DNA of 64,000 nt from Podarcis vaucheri. Lineage: Eukaryota. Below are positions 1 to 14,147 of the stretch, piece after piece (the stretch's first letter is position 1; every line of letters begins with the position of its first letter). The notes under the pieces are model-generated. The model was not told the origin of the DNA. It searched no databases and saw only the letters and a program-made list of their open reading frames with translations. The stretch lies in NCBI GenBank assembly GCA_965113315.1, contig OZ220368.1; one strand, given 5' to 3'. Both the position numbers and the translations under genes were made by a program.

Positions 1-273
1 AAAAATTCCTACCCAGGCCCAACAACATGGCGACCGACAATTGCCATAGCAAGGTCATATCAGAGCAAGGCATGAAAAGATGGTGGGTGTGTAGGGTGGT
101 CCAACAAAGAGGCAAGAAGAGGGTGCCAGCCGGCCACGCCACAATTCAATTACCTGCGGCCCCACTCACCCTGCCAGCTGATTGGTTAGGGCTGTCCCCC
201 AGCACAGATGACATGGCCGGCCATGATGTAGCGGGGAGGTGGCCTGCCTCCACTCCTAAGCTGGAAAACTATT
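1..273 (-). mobile_element. Degenerate Ngaro/DIRS-like terminal remnant (spacer/A-repeat region), cut by window edge
   Basis: Motifs aaattcctac, ggcga.cgac and agcaaggtca occur in the same order as in the spacer at 22552-22610; catagcaagg is shared with the remnant near 40066. The right boundary is uncertain. Confidence 0.45.
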
Positions 274-1584
274 GAGGCACGGCTGCCTGGCTGCAATGCT
301 ACCCACTGATGAAAAGGTGTGTGGATTTACCTTCTGGCTAATCAGATGCAAATGCAGCCCAGAAATGTTCCTGCAAAAATACTGGTTTGCTTTGAACAAA
401 TGATGTGCAAAAAATAAATAAATAGAGGGATTAAGATCAGGAAACAGTAATAAAATCAGGTGTACCCGTGCAGTTGACTTCCTAGGGGAGCAATTTAGCA
501 ACACCAGTGATATTTGAAGCTCTTTCCTTTCAATCTGACATACCAGGCTTATGATGGTAAATGAGGTTGTGTAGTGGCTGGGTGAGAATAAGAAGCAACT
601 ATGGCTGAATTGATCAAGGTACTCACTCACATTTCCCTGGAGAGCTTTTGCCTTGGAGCTGGTGGCTCTTCATTTAAATGTGCATATCTTGCTTCTGGTG
701 GCATTTGAGTCCATACCTACTAATCTGTTAAAATAAAGAGAGAGGGGAGCTCGCGTTCCTCGCTCTGACCTGGAGTTCCCCAACCTCTTTCCCCAAACAT
801 GTTGCCCATGGTAAAGGTAATTAAAAATAACAACAAGCTTCATATTTTTTATAGTGATATACTATATTATTCTTTCTTCTCTTTCACTTTTCCCCAGTTC
901 TTTTTAATAATAATAATAATAGTAATAGCACTTTGTGTAAAGAAAATAATAATAATGCTCCATATTGTTATATTTGGAGTTAACTGAGAAACTTTCCTAA
1001 CTCATTAACTTGGTAACTAAATAGCCTGAATGCTTGGCAAAGGCTGCTTGAAATATCTTAGATCTGATAAGGAGTTCATATTTTAGCACTATGTACCCTG
1101 AGCCAATAGGATGGCAAAATGCATGTGCAAACAGACCCTGGATCCATATTCCCAGCTCAGGGCATTTATTTATTTATTTGTGATATTTTTTAACCCTAAC
1201 TCTTCACCATTATGGTCCCAGGGTAGGTTACAACAACACAACACACCATTAATAAAACAGATAAAACTATTGCAATATTGTTATTTATTTCTATACTCCC
1301 ATAGCATAAAAGCATCCGGATGACATCGGACTCAGCTACATTAGTCAAAAAACAGTGTTTTGAATGTGTTATAAACATGCAGCACCAGATGGCGATAGAG
1401 AGTAAAAAAAATCTATGTGATTTTCCATAGCGTTTTTCTCTTTTGTTATAACAATTTCGTTTATGACTTATTTATAGCGGGTTTTTCCCTTTGTGTAGAT
1501 CCACCCATACAGTGTTAAAACCACACGCACACACACCATTAAGGGGACTGGCTGATCAAAATTAAAGAAATTAAACAGCTGCAA

Positions 1585-2387
1585 ATCATAGAATCATAGA
1601 ATCATAGAGTTGGAAGAGACCACAAGGGCCATCGAGTCCAACCCCCTGCCAAGCAGGAAACACCACCAGAGCACTCCTGACATATGGTTGTCAAGCCTCT
1701 GCTTAAAGACCTCCAAAGAAGGAGACTCCACCACATTCCTTGGCAGCAAATTCAACTGTCGAACAGCTCTTACTGTCAGGAAGTTCTTCCTAATGTTTAG
1801 GTGGAATCTTCTTTCTTCTAGTTTGGATCCATTGCTCCGTGTCCGCTTCTCTGGAGCAGCAGAAAACAACCTTTCTCCCTCCTCTATGTGACATCCTTTT
1901 ATATATTTGAACATGGCTATCATGTCACCCCTTAACCTCCTCTTCTCCAGGCTAAACATGCCCAGCTCCCTTAGCCGTTCCTCATAAGGCATCGTTTCCA
2001 GGCCTTTGACCATTTTGGTTGCCCTCCTCTGGATACGTTCCAGTTTGTCAGTGTCCTTCTTGAACTGTGGTGCCCAGAACTGGACACAGTACTCCAGGTG
2101 AGGTCTGACCAGAGCAGAATACAGTGGCACTATTACTTCCCTTGATTCCTATTGATGCAGCCCAGAATTGCATTGGCTTTTTTAGCTGCCGTGTCACACT
2201 GTTGGCTCATGTCAAGTTTGTGGTCAACCAAGACTCCTAGATCCTTTTCACATGTACTGCTCTCAAGCCAGGTGTCCCCCATCTTATATTTGTGCCTCTC
2301 TTTTTTTTTTTTGCCGAAGTGCAATACTTTACATTTCTCCCTGTTAAAATTCATCTTGTTTGTTTTTGCCCAGTTCTCTAATCTGTC
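1585..2387 (-). mobile_element. CR1 LINE, 5'-truncated 3' end (ORF2 C-terminus)
   Basis: ORFs 2133-2444 and 1594-2130 give CR1 ORF2 peptides ([33 protein letters not shown]); the 3' tail is (ATTCTATG)n on the minus strand at ~1585-1607. Confidence 0.93.
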
Positions 2388-2485
2388 ATGAAAAGCCTTA
2401 TTGGCAAAAAAATAAAAAATAAAAAAACAGCTTTGGATGTACATGCAGAGGCCTTACAAAAAGATTACAGGTAAGTTTGAGCAAA

Positions 2486-2489
<4 letters not shown>

Positions 2490-2539
<50 letters not shown>
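2490..2539. repeat. (GA)n microsatellite
   Basis: Perfect dinucleotide run seen directly. Confidence 0.97.
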
Positions 2540-2541
<2 letters not shown>

Positions 2542-3327
2542 TGATGGGCCCAATCTATACAAAGTGAAAGGGGGGATGTTTAAACCTTTTCAGTGTTCAG
2601 GAAAATGTCAAGGCTAGTAAAATCACAAATTTCAAGGACAGTGAGGTAGGGAGGCTCCTTCTTGCTTCTTGATGCTGCTGAACATCCATAGCACCCTCCT
2701 TTCCTGAAAAACAGCAGACTACCAAGACTTTAGCTTTCTATAGCTACAGCATGCATGTTCCTTTGGATGAGAGTAATTGTGCAAGTACATCCATTCCCTT
2801 TCCCATGGCTGTCTATTGCAATTGCAGGCCAATTCGACATGAGGAAGCCAATTGTGTGTTTTAATAATACACTTATTTACAAATGTGCAATTTGAATATG
2901 GTAGTACAGAAAAGCACACAGGCAGTACCAGCATCAGTCCCCCAAAACCAAGCCAAACAGCATGCCCTCTCCACTGTTGTATGCTAGTCAGGTGTAAGAG
3001 CTCCCAATGGCCAACTTGTTTCTTTCTAAACAAGCAGGTGGGATGTGTGCAAAAGCTAGTAGCCACCAGCCAGCCATGCTCACTTAAGCAAACAGATTTA
3101 ATATTCTTTGCATTAGGTCTTCTGCCTGGCTTTTGCCTTAGTGCTAACCCAGAATTAAAAATGCATCTATTTACCTACCACCAGGTGTGGGTGGGTCTTG
3201 TTCCCGTGTCTCTATTTCTTTTTTGTTTCATTTACACTAATGGTATGAGCTGGTGTATTGCTAAAGGCGCATAAATTAAAACAAGTGAAGAATTAAGTAT
3301 TTAAAGTCACTTGAAATTAAGCACTTT

Positions 3328-3688
3328 GGGTGGTGCTGTGGTCTAAACCACTGAGCCTCTTGGGCTTGCCGATCAGAAGGTTGGCGGTTTGAATCCCTGC
3401 AATGGGGTGAGCTCCCGTTGCTCGGTCCCTGCCCCTACCAACCTAGCAGTTCGAAAGCACACAAAAAATGCAAATAGATAAATAGGTACCACTCCGGCGG
3501 GAAGGTAAACAGCGTTTCTGTGTGTTGCTCTGGTTTCGCCAGAAGCGGCTTAGTCATGCTGGCCACATGACCCAGAAAAACTCTCTATGGACAAACGCCG
3601 GCTCCCTCGGCCTCAAAGCGAGATGAGCACCGCAACCCCAGAGTCATCTGTGACTGGACTTAAATGTCAGGGGTCCTTTACCTTTTTT
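3328..3688 (+). mobile_element. Sauria-type tRNA-derived SINE
   Basis: tRNA-like head (gggtggtgctgtggtctaaaccactgagc...ggtttgaatccc), body with ataggtaccactccggcgggaaggtaaac, and tail ggggtcctttacctttt, matching my recollection of the squamate Sauria SINE. Confidence 0.8.
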
Positions 3689-6344
3689 AACTTCAAAAGA
3701 CAAGTAAATTAATCACAACTGCGGTATCTTGAAGCAAATCTCCAAAATCATCAATACTTGCACTTTGGTGCAAAGTTGAAAAACCTGGGCTTTTACTGCT
3801 GCTTCTCTTTATCTTGACAGTGATGCTCATAAGCAGAATGGCTCACGGTGTTCCATTCTGGAGCACTGAAGACACAGTCAAAGCAATATTGACCAACTGT
3901 TGTTTATTTTTATTATAATCATCATGCTTTGCTGTAAAAGGTTATTAAAAGCATAATAAAATCAATCCCCCAGAAAAGAACGCACCAATCATTTGGGGAG
4001 AACTGTTAAGCCTTATGCAAACTTCAGTCTGCACTGGCAGAACAAAGATTTTTAAAGGATTGATTTGCCTCTTACCTTCTATGTTGCTTTTAATTTAAAA
4101 GAGAGCTTCAGAGAGAAGTTTGGTTGAAGGATGTCTTGCCACACAGGTTTCTAATACAGACCTCAGAACAATAATTAAACAAAGGCACATGTGAAAATTG
4201 GTTGCATAGGGAAATGGACTACATAATGGATTGTATGCAGCTGGTTTATTACTCAAACCCAAAACAGAGCTTTGAGGCAACTTCCATAATTTTCTCTCCA
4301 AAAAAATTGTAGTTCTGCCAAATTTCAACCCCTTAATCAGACCTCAAATGAGAAATATGAAAAATATTCAGCATAATGTATCTGTTGTGTACATTATACT
4401 TGGACAATGTTTCTTTGCACAAATCGATGCTTAACAAAGTGTGGCGTGGCACCTAAATAAGACTGAATAGTTTGGGTAAACTATGCGAGGGATGCTGCAA
4501 GTTGTACCGAGGACTCCTAAAATACCTGATTAAGCCAAGGATGGGGAACCTATGAGCCTTCAGATGTGGGTCTCCAACTTCCATCCGCGCTAGCCAGCAT
4601 GAACAATGGCCAGAGATGATGGGAGATGTAGTAAATATTGCAACCTTGCAATACTATAGCAAGGCACAAGGGCTGCAAACACAATGGAGCATTATTTCTC
4701 AAAACCAAGGGCATGTTCTGAATGCACATGATGCAGCAATGTTGCTACAACTAAGCAGCTCTGTGCCTAGGCGGTGTATGCCTAGTTGCAAAGAAGAAAG
4801 CCAGGAAGGAGATACTGTAGATGGAATAAAATACGTTTGGGACTTGTGCCACTTGTTGAAAAGGATAACCACCACTGCTTTGTTCCCTGCCTCTCTCAAG
4901 CGTTACCTATATGACATCCCCTAACCCAAGTCCTATCTTACACAACAGATCAAACTGAAGAAAATGGCAGCACCCGGCAAGGTGCTATTGACGTGACAGA
5001 ACAAATGACAAACGTTGGGTGAAATAATCCTTGTGAAGGAAATAAGTCTGACAGAAGCCCAGAGACAGGTTAGGAATATGTCTCGTTGTTCTAAATGAGT
5101 GAAAAGGTTTCCTCACTGGTTTGAATGGCATCTGAATCAAATGTTTAAAGTACTTTGTGATATGTCTTAATATAATCTGGGAGGGTGAGAGCAGAAGATG
5201 ATGGAGTGTGAGTATGGGTTTGGGGGGGATAGTAAAAAAAAGAAAGGAAGGGAATGAATCCCTAGGAGATTAGATATCAATTCCATCTAAATAGATAGTC
5301 ACAAACAATTTAGGAAAGGCCTTATGGAGCGTCAGATTTTAAAGAGATCCTTATCATTCAATGAAACTTCAGTAGGGCTGAGATAAGCATTTCTGTCCTT
5401 GAGAGTAGCATGTTTCAGGAGAAAAGAGTTTTTTAAAACCCACTTCAAAAGTATGTCTAGCCCTTTGAGCTCATTTTCTCATTTCTCTCTAGCTTTTTTC
5501 TTCTCTCTGTCTCTGAAATACACAAAATGTAATTTTAATAGAATTGCCTTCTCACCAGGAAATAAAAAAGGTTGTGAGGAAAGCTTCGCCAAAGAGAATG
5601 GCAGGTTTCCTTTTCATGCAGGTTAACAATAGCACCCTCCCTTCCATAAAATGGGTTTTCCTTCCATGAATTGCAAAAAAAACCACACACCATGTAACAG
5701 CTTCCAAGGGATTGTAGAAATCAAACCGGTGACATTCTGGCCCCTTTCTAGTGTAAGCAAAATTTGCAGACTGGGGGAGAATGTCTGAAAAGGAAAGTCA
5801 TTTGTCAACGGAGGCAACAACTCCTCATTCAAGTGTGCCATGGTTTATTTATCAGGTGTGTGCATCAAAGTCCATCGCTTCTTTTGCGAAGTTATCAGGA
5901 AAGAAGACAAAAACAGATGTGTGATCTCAGAGACTGAATGTGGGGGACTCTGGTGTTACAACATAAAACATACATTCTCAAGCAGGAACATAGCTTGGTG
6001 AGCGCCCTGAAATGGGATAGGGCAGGAGTGGGCAAACATTTTGGCCCTGTGAGCCACAAGCAGTGGGGGACAGTGAGTGTGGGGCACACACATAGGGGCT
6101 GTACAGTCACATGTGTATAAGGATGGGGAAGTAATCCAATTCAATTTGCATTTACCTGCAAAATTACCTCATTGGTATTTTCTAAAATGCAAACTCAAAC
6201 ACAGGCATCCTTCAAAATTGGCACGTCTCCAAATAATATGTACAAAAATGCACGTGCTAGGGTAAAGTAGGCATATAGATGCATATGTTTGTGAAAATAG
6301 CATACAAAAATGCATTGAATTAGGCTGGGGGGGGCCTTTCTAAA

Positions 6345-6676
6345 TATTTTTCGCTCTATAGGACACACCCGACCATAGGACACACTTTGTTTTAGAGGGG
6401 GAGAACAAGGAGAAAAAAATCTCCCCCTCTCTGCTCAGCGCCCCTTCAGCGAAGTGGCAGGAGAAATGGAGCCCCTTCCATTCTCCTCCTGCATGCCTGA
6501 AGGGGCGTTGCACAGTTCTCCCTCTCTGCTGAAGCCGGGAGAGTCTCTGTGCTTTGGAGGCTTCGCGTTGCTATTGCTGAAGCCAAGGAGCCTGCATTCA
6601 CTCCATAGGATGCACACACATTTCCCCTTAATTTTTGGAGGGGAAAAAGTGTGTCCTATAGAGCAAAAAATATGGT
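6345..6676. mobile_element. Non-autonomous Tc1/mariner-like MITE
   Basis: Terminal inverted repeats tatttttcgctctataggacacac / gtgtgtcctatagagcaaaaaata. Confidence 0.7.
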
Positions 6677-8589
6677 ATATATTAGGAGAAAGCCACACTA
6701 AAATGTTGATGAATTTTCATGAGGGTTGTTTGTTTTTTAAAAAGAACATGTTTGTTTGTTTTTTAAAAATGCAAACTGATGTGGAAATATAGAGAATGGA
6801 ACTAAATATAGGAAAAATGAGAAACTGAGAGAAATTGAAATTGACATACAGTATTTGCCCATCTCTACATTGGTGTGACACCCCTCCCCCCATACACACA
6901 CATGGAAGTTTTAAGTTCCTCTGACATGTACCCACACATTCTAATCAAAGCAAGCATTCAGAAGCAGGTATGAAGCAGAACTGGTGACCCCCCCTTCAAC
7001 ATTTCCTTCAAGACAGGCATTACCTGCACACATTTTTCCTTTCATTTTCGCCCCCTCCTCTACAGTTCCATGCTTTTTATGGAACATCACAAGAACATCA
7101 GCTATTCCACTGGATTTTTAAAGGTCTCCTCCATTGCAGCACTGAACCCAGTGTTGATACTGCTGCCCCTGCCCACTGCTGAACCCAATTCTGAGCAAAA
7201 TTAAACCCTGTCACATCAGTGGAAGCACAGTGGGGTCTGACTCTTCCCCAGCCTTCCCCGAGAGCTTTCAAACCCTCTGCCTCCTCTTTCTTCACAACCA
7301 CCTGCTTATTGCTCCAGCGGAACCAGTGGCAGTGGGGAGGGGGGAGAAGTATGCTGTGTCCCCCCCCCAGCCCCCTTTGTCTGGCTACAACTGCAAGCCA
7401 GGTGCCAGAATCACTGGGAGATATAATTTTCCTAGCGCTACTGACAAATGGAGAAATTTCATATTTTGGGGCTGCTGGCACCTGGCTCACAGCCATCAAA
7501 GGAAAGACTTCATTTCAGAGTAGAATTTTCAAAGGTTGTTACGGGAGAACATAACAAGCAGCAGAAATTCATACTTCTGGGCAAAGGAGTACAAAACATT
7601 GATGATGAGTAGTCCTTGCCTATTCCAAAGAGTAGTGTCTCCTGACTCCAACTTTTCCACATTCTCATGAGCTAGACATTTGCCTAAAGCTCTGGTAAGC
7701 CCTGACATAAATATTAGCAAAGAGATGAGTTTTTTAAATGCATGTCTATCTAACTACCTACCTATCTACCAAGAGAAGCAGGGAGCTGAATCCAGCCAGT
7801 GGTCCAAATCATTACAACCCCAGCCCTTAACTCATCAGTTTTGACAGGTTGGTGGGGCTCTACACCAGCCATCATATGTAATAATATGTAGGTTTGCACT
7901 ACCAATTCATTTTGAACTACAAATTTCATGACTTCTTTCACTAAGTCATACAGTCTCTGTGGGGGTTCCTATTAGTACAAATTCCCCTCTGTCTGACAGG
8001 CATAGTCCATAAAGGATTTCTTTTCTGTTTCAGAAATCCTATAGCAAATAAGCAGCAAAGACTTATTGGCAGGCCTATTGTCAGGTAGCATCATTTGACA
8101 GTTGTCAGGGCCCCAGAGCCCTACCAAGGCTTAGTACCGATACCTTACTCTTAAAGGTTTGCACCAGGCAGTTGGGCTTGGGAGCTGCCATACTGACATC
8201 CCACAATGCCCCCAACATAACGTTGCTCTGGGACATTGGTGAGAAATGAAAATGGCAGCTGAGGCTGCTATGAAGAGGTCAGAGGCTGTGAGTCCTGGAA
8301 GAACTGTTCCCTTCCTTACAGGCCTTTTCTCACCTGGCCTGGGAGGGCGGGGACCTGACTGACTCCAGCTGCAGAAGCTGAGGCTGTTGAACAGACTCTT
8401 TGTTTGGGGGGATTGTTGCTGTTTATGATATTATTTTGTATCTTTATTTTAGATCTCACTATGGTTTATCTGGAATTTGCTTAATGTGGTTGTGTCCTTT
8501 TTGTTGTTTTATTTATTCTTTATGACTACAATGTTTTTAATTATGTATTTTTTTCCCATTTTATAAACTATCTTGAGCATGGTTTTGAC

Positions 8590-8725
8590 CAGGCTTCCTC
8601 AACCTCGGCCCTCCAGATGTTTTTGGCCTACAACTCCCATGATCCCTAGCTAGCAGGACCAGTGGTCAGGGATGATGGGAATTGTAGTCTCGAAACATCT
8701 GGAGGGCTGAGGTTGAGGAAGCCTG
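8590..8725. mobile_element. hAT-type palindromic MITE
   Basis: Long TIR caggcttcctcaacctcggccctccagatgttt / aaacatctggagggctgaggttgaggaagcctg; perfect 8-bp TSD GTTTTGAC at 8582-8589 and 8726-8733. Confidence 0.9.
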
Positions 8726-8850
8726 GTTTTGACTATGGAAAGGCAGCATACAAAGATAATTATGTATGTCTGTATATGCATTTCTGATTGCAACATTTCG
8801 AATAGTTTTTATTGTATGGTTTCATGTATACTTGTTATAGATTGCTATTA

Positions 8851-9079
8851 CAGTGGAACCTTGAGTTGTGGACATAATCCGTGACAGAGGCACATCCGCA
8901 ACCCACAGCGTTCACAACCTGAAGCGCCGCGTCTGTGCAGGTGCTGGCGCGATTTAGCGCTTCTGCACATGTGCGAGCAGCAAAACCTGGAAGTAACCCG
9001 TTCCGGTACTTCCGGATTTCCCACGGTCCACAACCTGAAAACACGTAACCTGAAGTGTCCGTAACATGAGGTATGACTG
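8851..9079. mobile_element. Tigger/pogo-type MITE
   Basis: TA|cagtggaaccttgagtt ... catgaggtatgactg|TA, imperfect TIRs with TA TSD. Confidence 0.75.
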
Positions 9080-10000
9080 TATATTTTTTATGAAACGTGT
9101 TATCTAAATATTGTTATAAATAAATAAATAAATGCAAGATCGGAGCTTACTGAGGACCTCCTAAGCCTGGGGCTGGCCTTGTCTCTATGTCTCACTTCTC
9201 TCAAGGAATCATGCCATGTTTTTGACAAAAAGCAATGCCATAGGAATGGTGAAAGGAAAAACAGGTATATAGGTGAAACCCTGTTTCTGTTCCCGGAAAG
9301 AAAGAAACAGCCATCTAAAGAGCTAGACTGATGGAGTTGTACAGGCTTCTTTGCACAGGGAACAAAGCTAGAGCTAAAAGGCCGTGAAAAACACATGAGC
9401 TGTTATGACATTCAGTCTGCAAAGTGAAAAGGCATCTCATTAACCATTAGATGTGCTATTGACAGGCCATAACATTTGGAATATGTTTATAAATGATTTA
9501 CAGAGAGAGCCAAGTGACAACTAATTATGGTCACCCAGCACAAACTGCCTGCCCTACTCCTTCTCTTGCTATCAATCCTGCAGTTCTCCGCATGCAATTA
9601 GAACTCATATTGACTACCTATAAATTTACTTCATTAAACCCAGAAAGGAGTCTTCTGCTTTTACATAAAGGGCATTAAAATCAGACACTTAAAGTAGCAA
9701 CGGTGGATTCTGACTTAAGAGAAAGTTATTGTCATTCATAATGGAAACAGCTTGCTGTTTTTACTGGGTTGGTGATGGGAGATTTCACCCACCCCCATTT
9801 AGATTTTAGAAAGACAAAACTTTCTATACCTATGCATTTTTTAAAAAAGTATGATGTGATTACATGTCTTCTTTCTTTTCTAGAATAAATATTTTTGCTT
9901 CTGTTTAAATGCATTTTGCCTTGGGATTCAAAGTGGTAAAGCTTAGATTGCTGCTACTGATTGTGTGAATGCCTGGCCAATGACCACTAGGGTTGGGGAA

Positions 10001-10120
10001 TCTGAAGAAGTATCTTGGTATCTGAAGAAGTGTGCATGCACACGAAAGCTTATACCAAGAACTAACTTAGTTGGTCTTTAAGGTGCTACTGTAAGGAATT
10101 TTTTTATTTTTTATTTTTTG
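10001..10120 (+). mobile_element. Short Penelope-like element (PLE) terminal fragment
   Basis: 15-bp TSD ACTAGGGTTGGGGAA at 9986-10000 and 10121-10135; contains a hammerhead motif and a partial tandem copy (tctgaagaagt) of its start. Confidence 0.75.
10013..10060 (+). ncRNA. Minimal type I hammerhead ribozyme (PLE-associated)
   Basis: Stem I TCTTGGTAT/ATACCAAGA (9 bp), core CTGAAGA (10022-10028) plus one extra A, stem II GTGTG-CATG-CACAC, GAAA (10044-10047), palindromic AGCT stem III, predicted cleavage after CUU (10051). Confidence 0.8.
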
Positions 10121-11671
10121 ACTAGGGTTGGGGAAGACATTCATTCAGCTTTAAGGGGAACTGAAATAATGCCTTCCTTCAAAATATGCACAAAATATTC
10201 ACAAAATTTGTGAACTCCCCCAAAATGTTCACAAACAAACATACAATAGGAAAAAACTTCACAAAATGTGTATACAGTATTGGTGAAAATAGTATACATA
10301 AATTCATTATATTAGGGGAAATTGTTTTTCAATGCGTATATGAGCCTTTCCCCCCCCCCCTAATAAATGCACACAAAGATTTGTATGTATTTTCATGCAG
10401 ATTCTTTGCAAACTGATATGGAAATGGTGCAAACTGAATTTAAGATTTGAAAAATGAGAAACCCGTATCAATTGAAGTTGACAGATTAGTCCGTCCCTGG
10501 AGATGCTGAGGACCGAAGATAGGCTCTTGCGTGCCCAGTGCATCCTCTCTCTACACATGAGAGATGGCTACTCTAGGGAGAACATGGAGAATGGGGGATC
10601 AGCTATACAACCCAGAAATCACAGATGGAATGCTCTTCCAATCCATTCGTTCGTGCAAGCATTCCAGCTTGCCAGGTGGGACAATATCCCAGCTCCTTCC
10701 TCCATGCACTGTTCTAGGGATTCTCCTGACACCCCCTGAGTCAGTTCTGGTGGGTGGAGGGATATGTGGGGAGAGGAGGGGAGGGGGAGGCCCCATTGCA
10801 TGAGTGGAAATCCTTGAGCAGGGCCTCTGTGGACGAGACTGGTTAAGTAAATTCCGCCCCACATGTTTAACAAGGAAGTTTGGAATATAAAGTTGTAATT
10901 GCCCAGTGGAACTGATATTAACCGAAATGGAAACAGATATAAACAAGAAAGAAGCTAAGGCCTATGCCAAGGGATGAAGACACATGGGTTTTTAAGTAAG
11001 TGAATCTCATTTGCTTTCTTTTCGGAGACACTTTCCCCATAGGCTCACCATGGTGATCTCTTTCCATTTTATAGATTTGTTTTGCTCTGGGGGACTGTAT
11101 TTTTACTGCAGAGTTAAGAGGTAATTTTTACATAGACTCCATTACCTGCTTATAATTAAACTCATAAAAAATGTGTCTCGAAAAGAGGATAACTTCCTCC
11201 CTTGGCTGAAGAGAAGTTTCAGAAAAAGAAAAAAACCTTAAAGGAACTTGTCCCAAGTTCCATAAAATGACAGAGAAAACAAGTTATTTGTCTCTTATTA
11301 TGACATCAAGGATGAGATGAGTCCAACTTCTTCCTTTACAGCTGTACACATAGTACAAGAAGTGTCGAAGCAGCTGCTCTTGCGGGAATTTTCACCTCCC
11401 TTCTCAGGAAGGTCCCCATCCAAAAGCAATGCTCAGGTAATACCCATACTTTGTGGGTATGAAGTGCCACTTCTGAACTCAGTGGTGCATATTCCTGTTG
11501 TTGCCATTAAGAACACCATCACAGTGCATTGGCAATGCCTTTTGCACGTATTTCTCTAAATCTATTTTCATTACAGGAGATTAAGAGCTGTTTCTGGCTG
11601 CTTGAAGCAATACTTATTTTCGGGGTGGGGTGGGGTAAGAATATTAACAGAAACAGCAAAAAGAAGGAACT

Positions 11672-12462
11672 ATTTTTAAAAAATATATATTTATTCATTT
11701 TCCATAACAAATTACACATCCAAAACATCTTTTTTTTACATCCATATTCCTCCTTGTTGACTTCCCTCCTCCCACCTGAAAAACCTTCCTAGTACTTACT
11801 TACTTTCTCCACATTTCTTAAATTTAGATTACATCACCATACTATTTAATTTATCCTTTATGATCTTACAGTATTCCTACATTTCTCTTCACAGAACTTC
11901 TTTAAAACTTACAAACGTTATCTGATTATCACTTAATGTTTGCATATATTCAATAAATTTCGTCCAATCTTCTGTAAATCCTTGATCACGTCGGTTCCGG
12001 ATCCTTCCTGTTAGCCTATCGAGTTCCGCATAGTCCATCATTTTCATTCTCCATTCTTCAATCGTAGGTAACTCTTCTTGTTTCCACTTCTGGGCCATCG
12101 AAGTTCTTGCTGCTGATACTGCATATAAAAATATCTTCCTGTCTTTTTTATCTACCTCATTACCTATTATTCCTAATAAAAACACTTCTGGTTTCTTTAC
12201 AAATGTATATTTCAACATTTTCTTCAATTCATTATAAATCATTTCCCAAAAGCTTTTAACTTTTTTACAGTCCCACCACATGTGGTAAAACGTTCCTTCC
12301 TTTTCTCTACATTTCCAACATTTATTGCTTATCTTATACATCTTTGCTAGCTTTACAGTTGTCATATACCATTGATACATCATTTTCATTATGTATTCTT
12401 TTATAGCAGTGCATGCCGTAAATCTTATTCCATCTTTCCACAATTTTAACCAGTCATCTATT
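11672..12462 (-). mobile_element. L1/Tx1-clade LINE, 5'-truncated 3' end
   Basis: ORF 11889-12443 has the L1-type C-terminal Cys motif CWKC...GTFYHMWWDC; A-rich tail on the minus strand; 15-bp TSD CAAAAAGAAGGAACT at 11657-11671 and 12463-12477. Confidence 0.9.
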
Positions 12463-12837
12463 CAAAAAGAAGGAACTCTTAGATGCTTAATCCTATACAG
12501 AGTTAAATTCCTATAAGCCTATTGACTTGAGTGGATGCAGGCATGCCTAACTCTGTGTAGGATTGCATTGTAAATGTTGTGCTTTTGAGAATCTAGATGG
12601 AATTTAGCAGAGAAATAGTTAGGTGAGTTTGGGGAGGTTTGTGCGTGCCTTCTGAGCACAAGTGGTTAAAATACATCAGCCTCTATCTCTGTTTTGTTCT
12701 TAGATGCAATGACCATTCATATCTCAGTGGAGCATGCAAGGACAGATCATTCAACTTCATACAGAGCCATTGTACAAAAGCTTATACAGTCTAATAACAG
12801 TCTTGAACCTTATTAGCCTCTGTTCAACGAGAGAAGG

Positions 12838-13102
12838 TGTTATGTACTGAAGTTCTCACCCTGGGCCAGCAGGGGGATACTGTAGATAGTTTTCACTCAG
12901 GTCCACAAATGCAAATAAGGGATTGAAAGTGACATTCAGTGAATGGATAGTTACAGAAAATGGTTACTGTTGCGTTCTAAAGGAGCTCTATATAAGCAAG
13001 CTGGCTGAACCCTTCAGTTCAGTTCTGTTCTGGCCTGTGAATAAACAAAGAGCTGTTTGAAGAATTGCTGTGTTGTCTGATATGTTCACCCACAACTCAA
13101 CA
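12838..13102 (+). mobile_element. Solo LTR-like repeat, copy 1
   Basis: TGTTA...AACA termini, TATA box (ctatataag) and AATAAA; close second copy at 19771-20020. No clear TSD. Confidence 0.7.
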
Positions 13103-13574
13103 GACGTTATAGACAGAGTCTGATTACCTTTACCTAATGCATATGTGTCTAATGCATATGTGCTTATTCACAGAAGCCTCTAGCTACAAATCAAGTTGTG
13201 AACAATCAGCATTATAAAATAAATAATCAGCATTATTAAGGCTGCATTTCTAGAAAGGGGGTGGGGGGAATTTGTAGAGCATCTGTTTTGATAGCAGAAG
13301 TTCCCAGATTCAATCCCCAACATCTCCAGATGGAGCTGGAAAAGACTCCCTGCCAGAAACCTTGGAGTGCCACTGCCAGTCAGTGTAGACAGGACAGAGC
13401 TAGATGGGCAAATGTTCTGACATGCTATAAGGCAGCTTCCTATGTTCCTAGCAACACTTTTGCACATCTGTGTTCTATTCTGTGGTTGTTGTTACCTTTC
13501 ATTCCTTTATAATGTCCCTCCCACTTCGAACAATGAGAAAGAAATGAACTACCCCAGCTCCAGGGTGTAGTTTT

Positions 13575-14147
13575 CTCTCTTTTTTTAATAATAATTTTTA
13601 TTAAGTTTTCCATTTTAACAATCCAATCAAATCACATTAAATATTCCAAATTATACAAATACATATCATAAAGTCCAAATATTTTGCCAAATTATATTTT
13701 TTTGTTGCAGCTTCCCATGCTTCAGGTTCAGTGGGGTCCAATCATCTTATGTTTCTACTGCCTTGAGTGTCCAAAAGTTCCTTCTTTGAATCCTCCTATT
13801 GTTATCCTTCTTTCTTTCACAGCCTCTGAGTTATTTCCACAGGCGAGTTGGAGTGAACAATAATATACTTCTGTGTGAAATTTGTGTGACTCCCCCCCCT
13901 TTTTTTTGGCAGCTGGTAAGTCTATTATTAGCAGTATGTCCTCACACGCTGGTGTTAATGCCGAATCAATCCAAAAGTCCTTCTCTTGTGGCAGACGCCA
14001 TCTTCTCTCAGTTCTGATAAAATAAAATCTAAGCCTTTGTTCATTAATTTTCTCAGACAGGTTGCATCAAACATTAGTCTTTCCAGAGGAGGTTTGCCAA
14101 ATCGAACTTGAAATACAGATATAATAACAAATTAAGAGCTCGCCTCC
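13575..14147 (-). mobile_element. Non-LTR retroposed insertion (LINE-mobilised, probably L1-related)
   Basis: 15-bp TSD CCAGGGTGTAGTTTT at 13560-13574 and 14148-14162; T-rich left end (poly-A tail on the minus strand) preceded by AATAAA on the minus strand. Confidence 0.7.
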
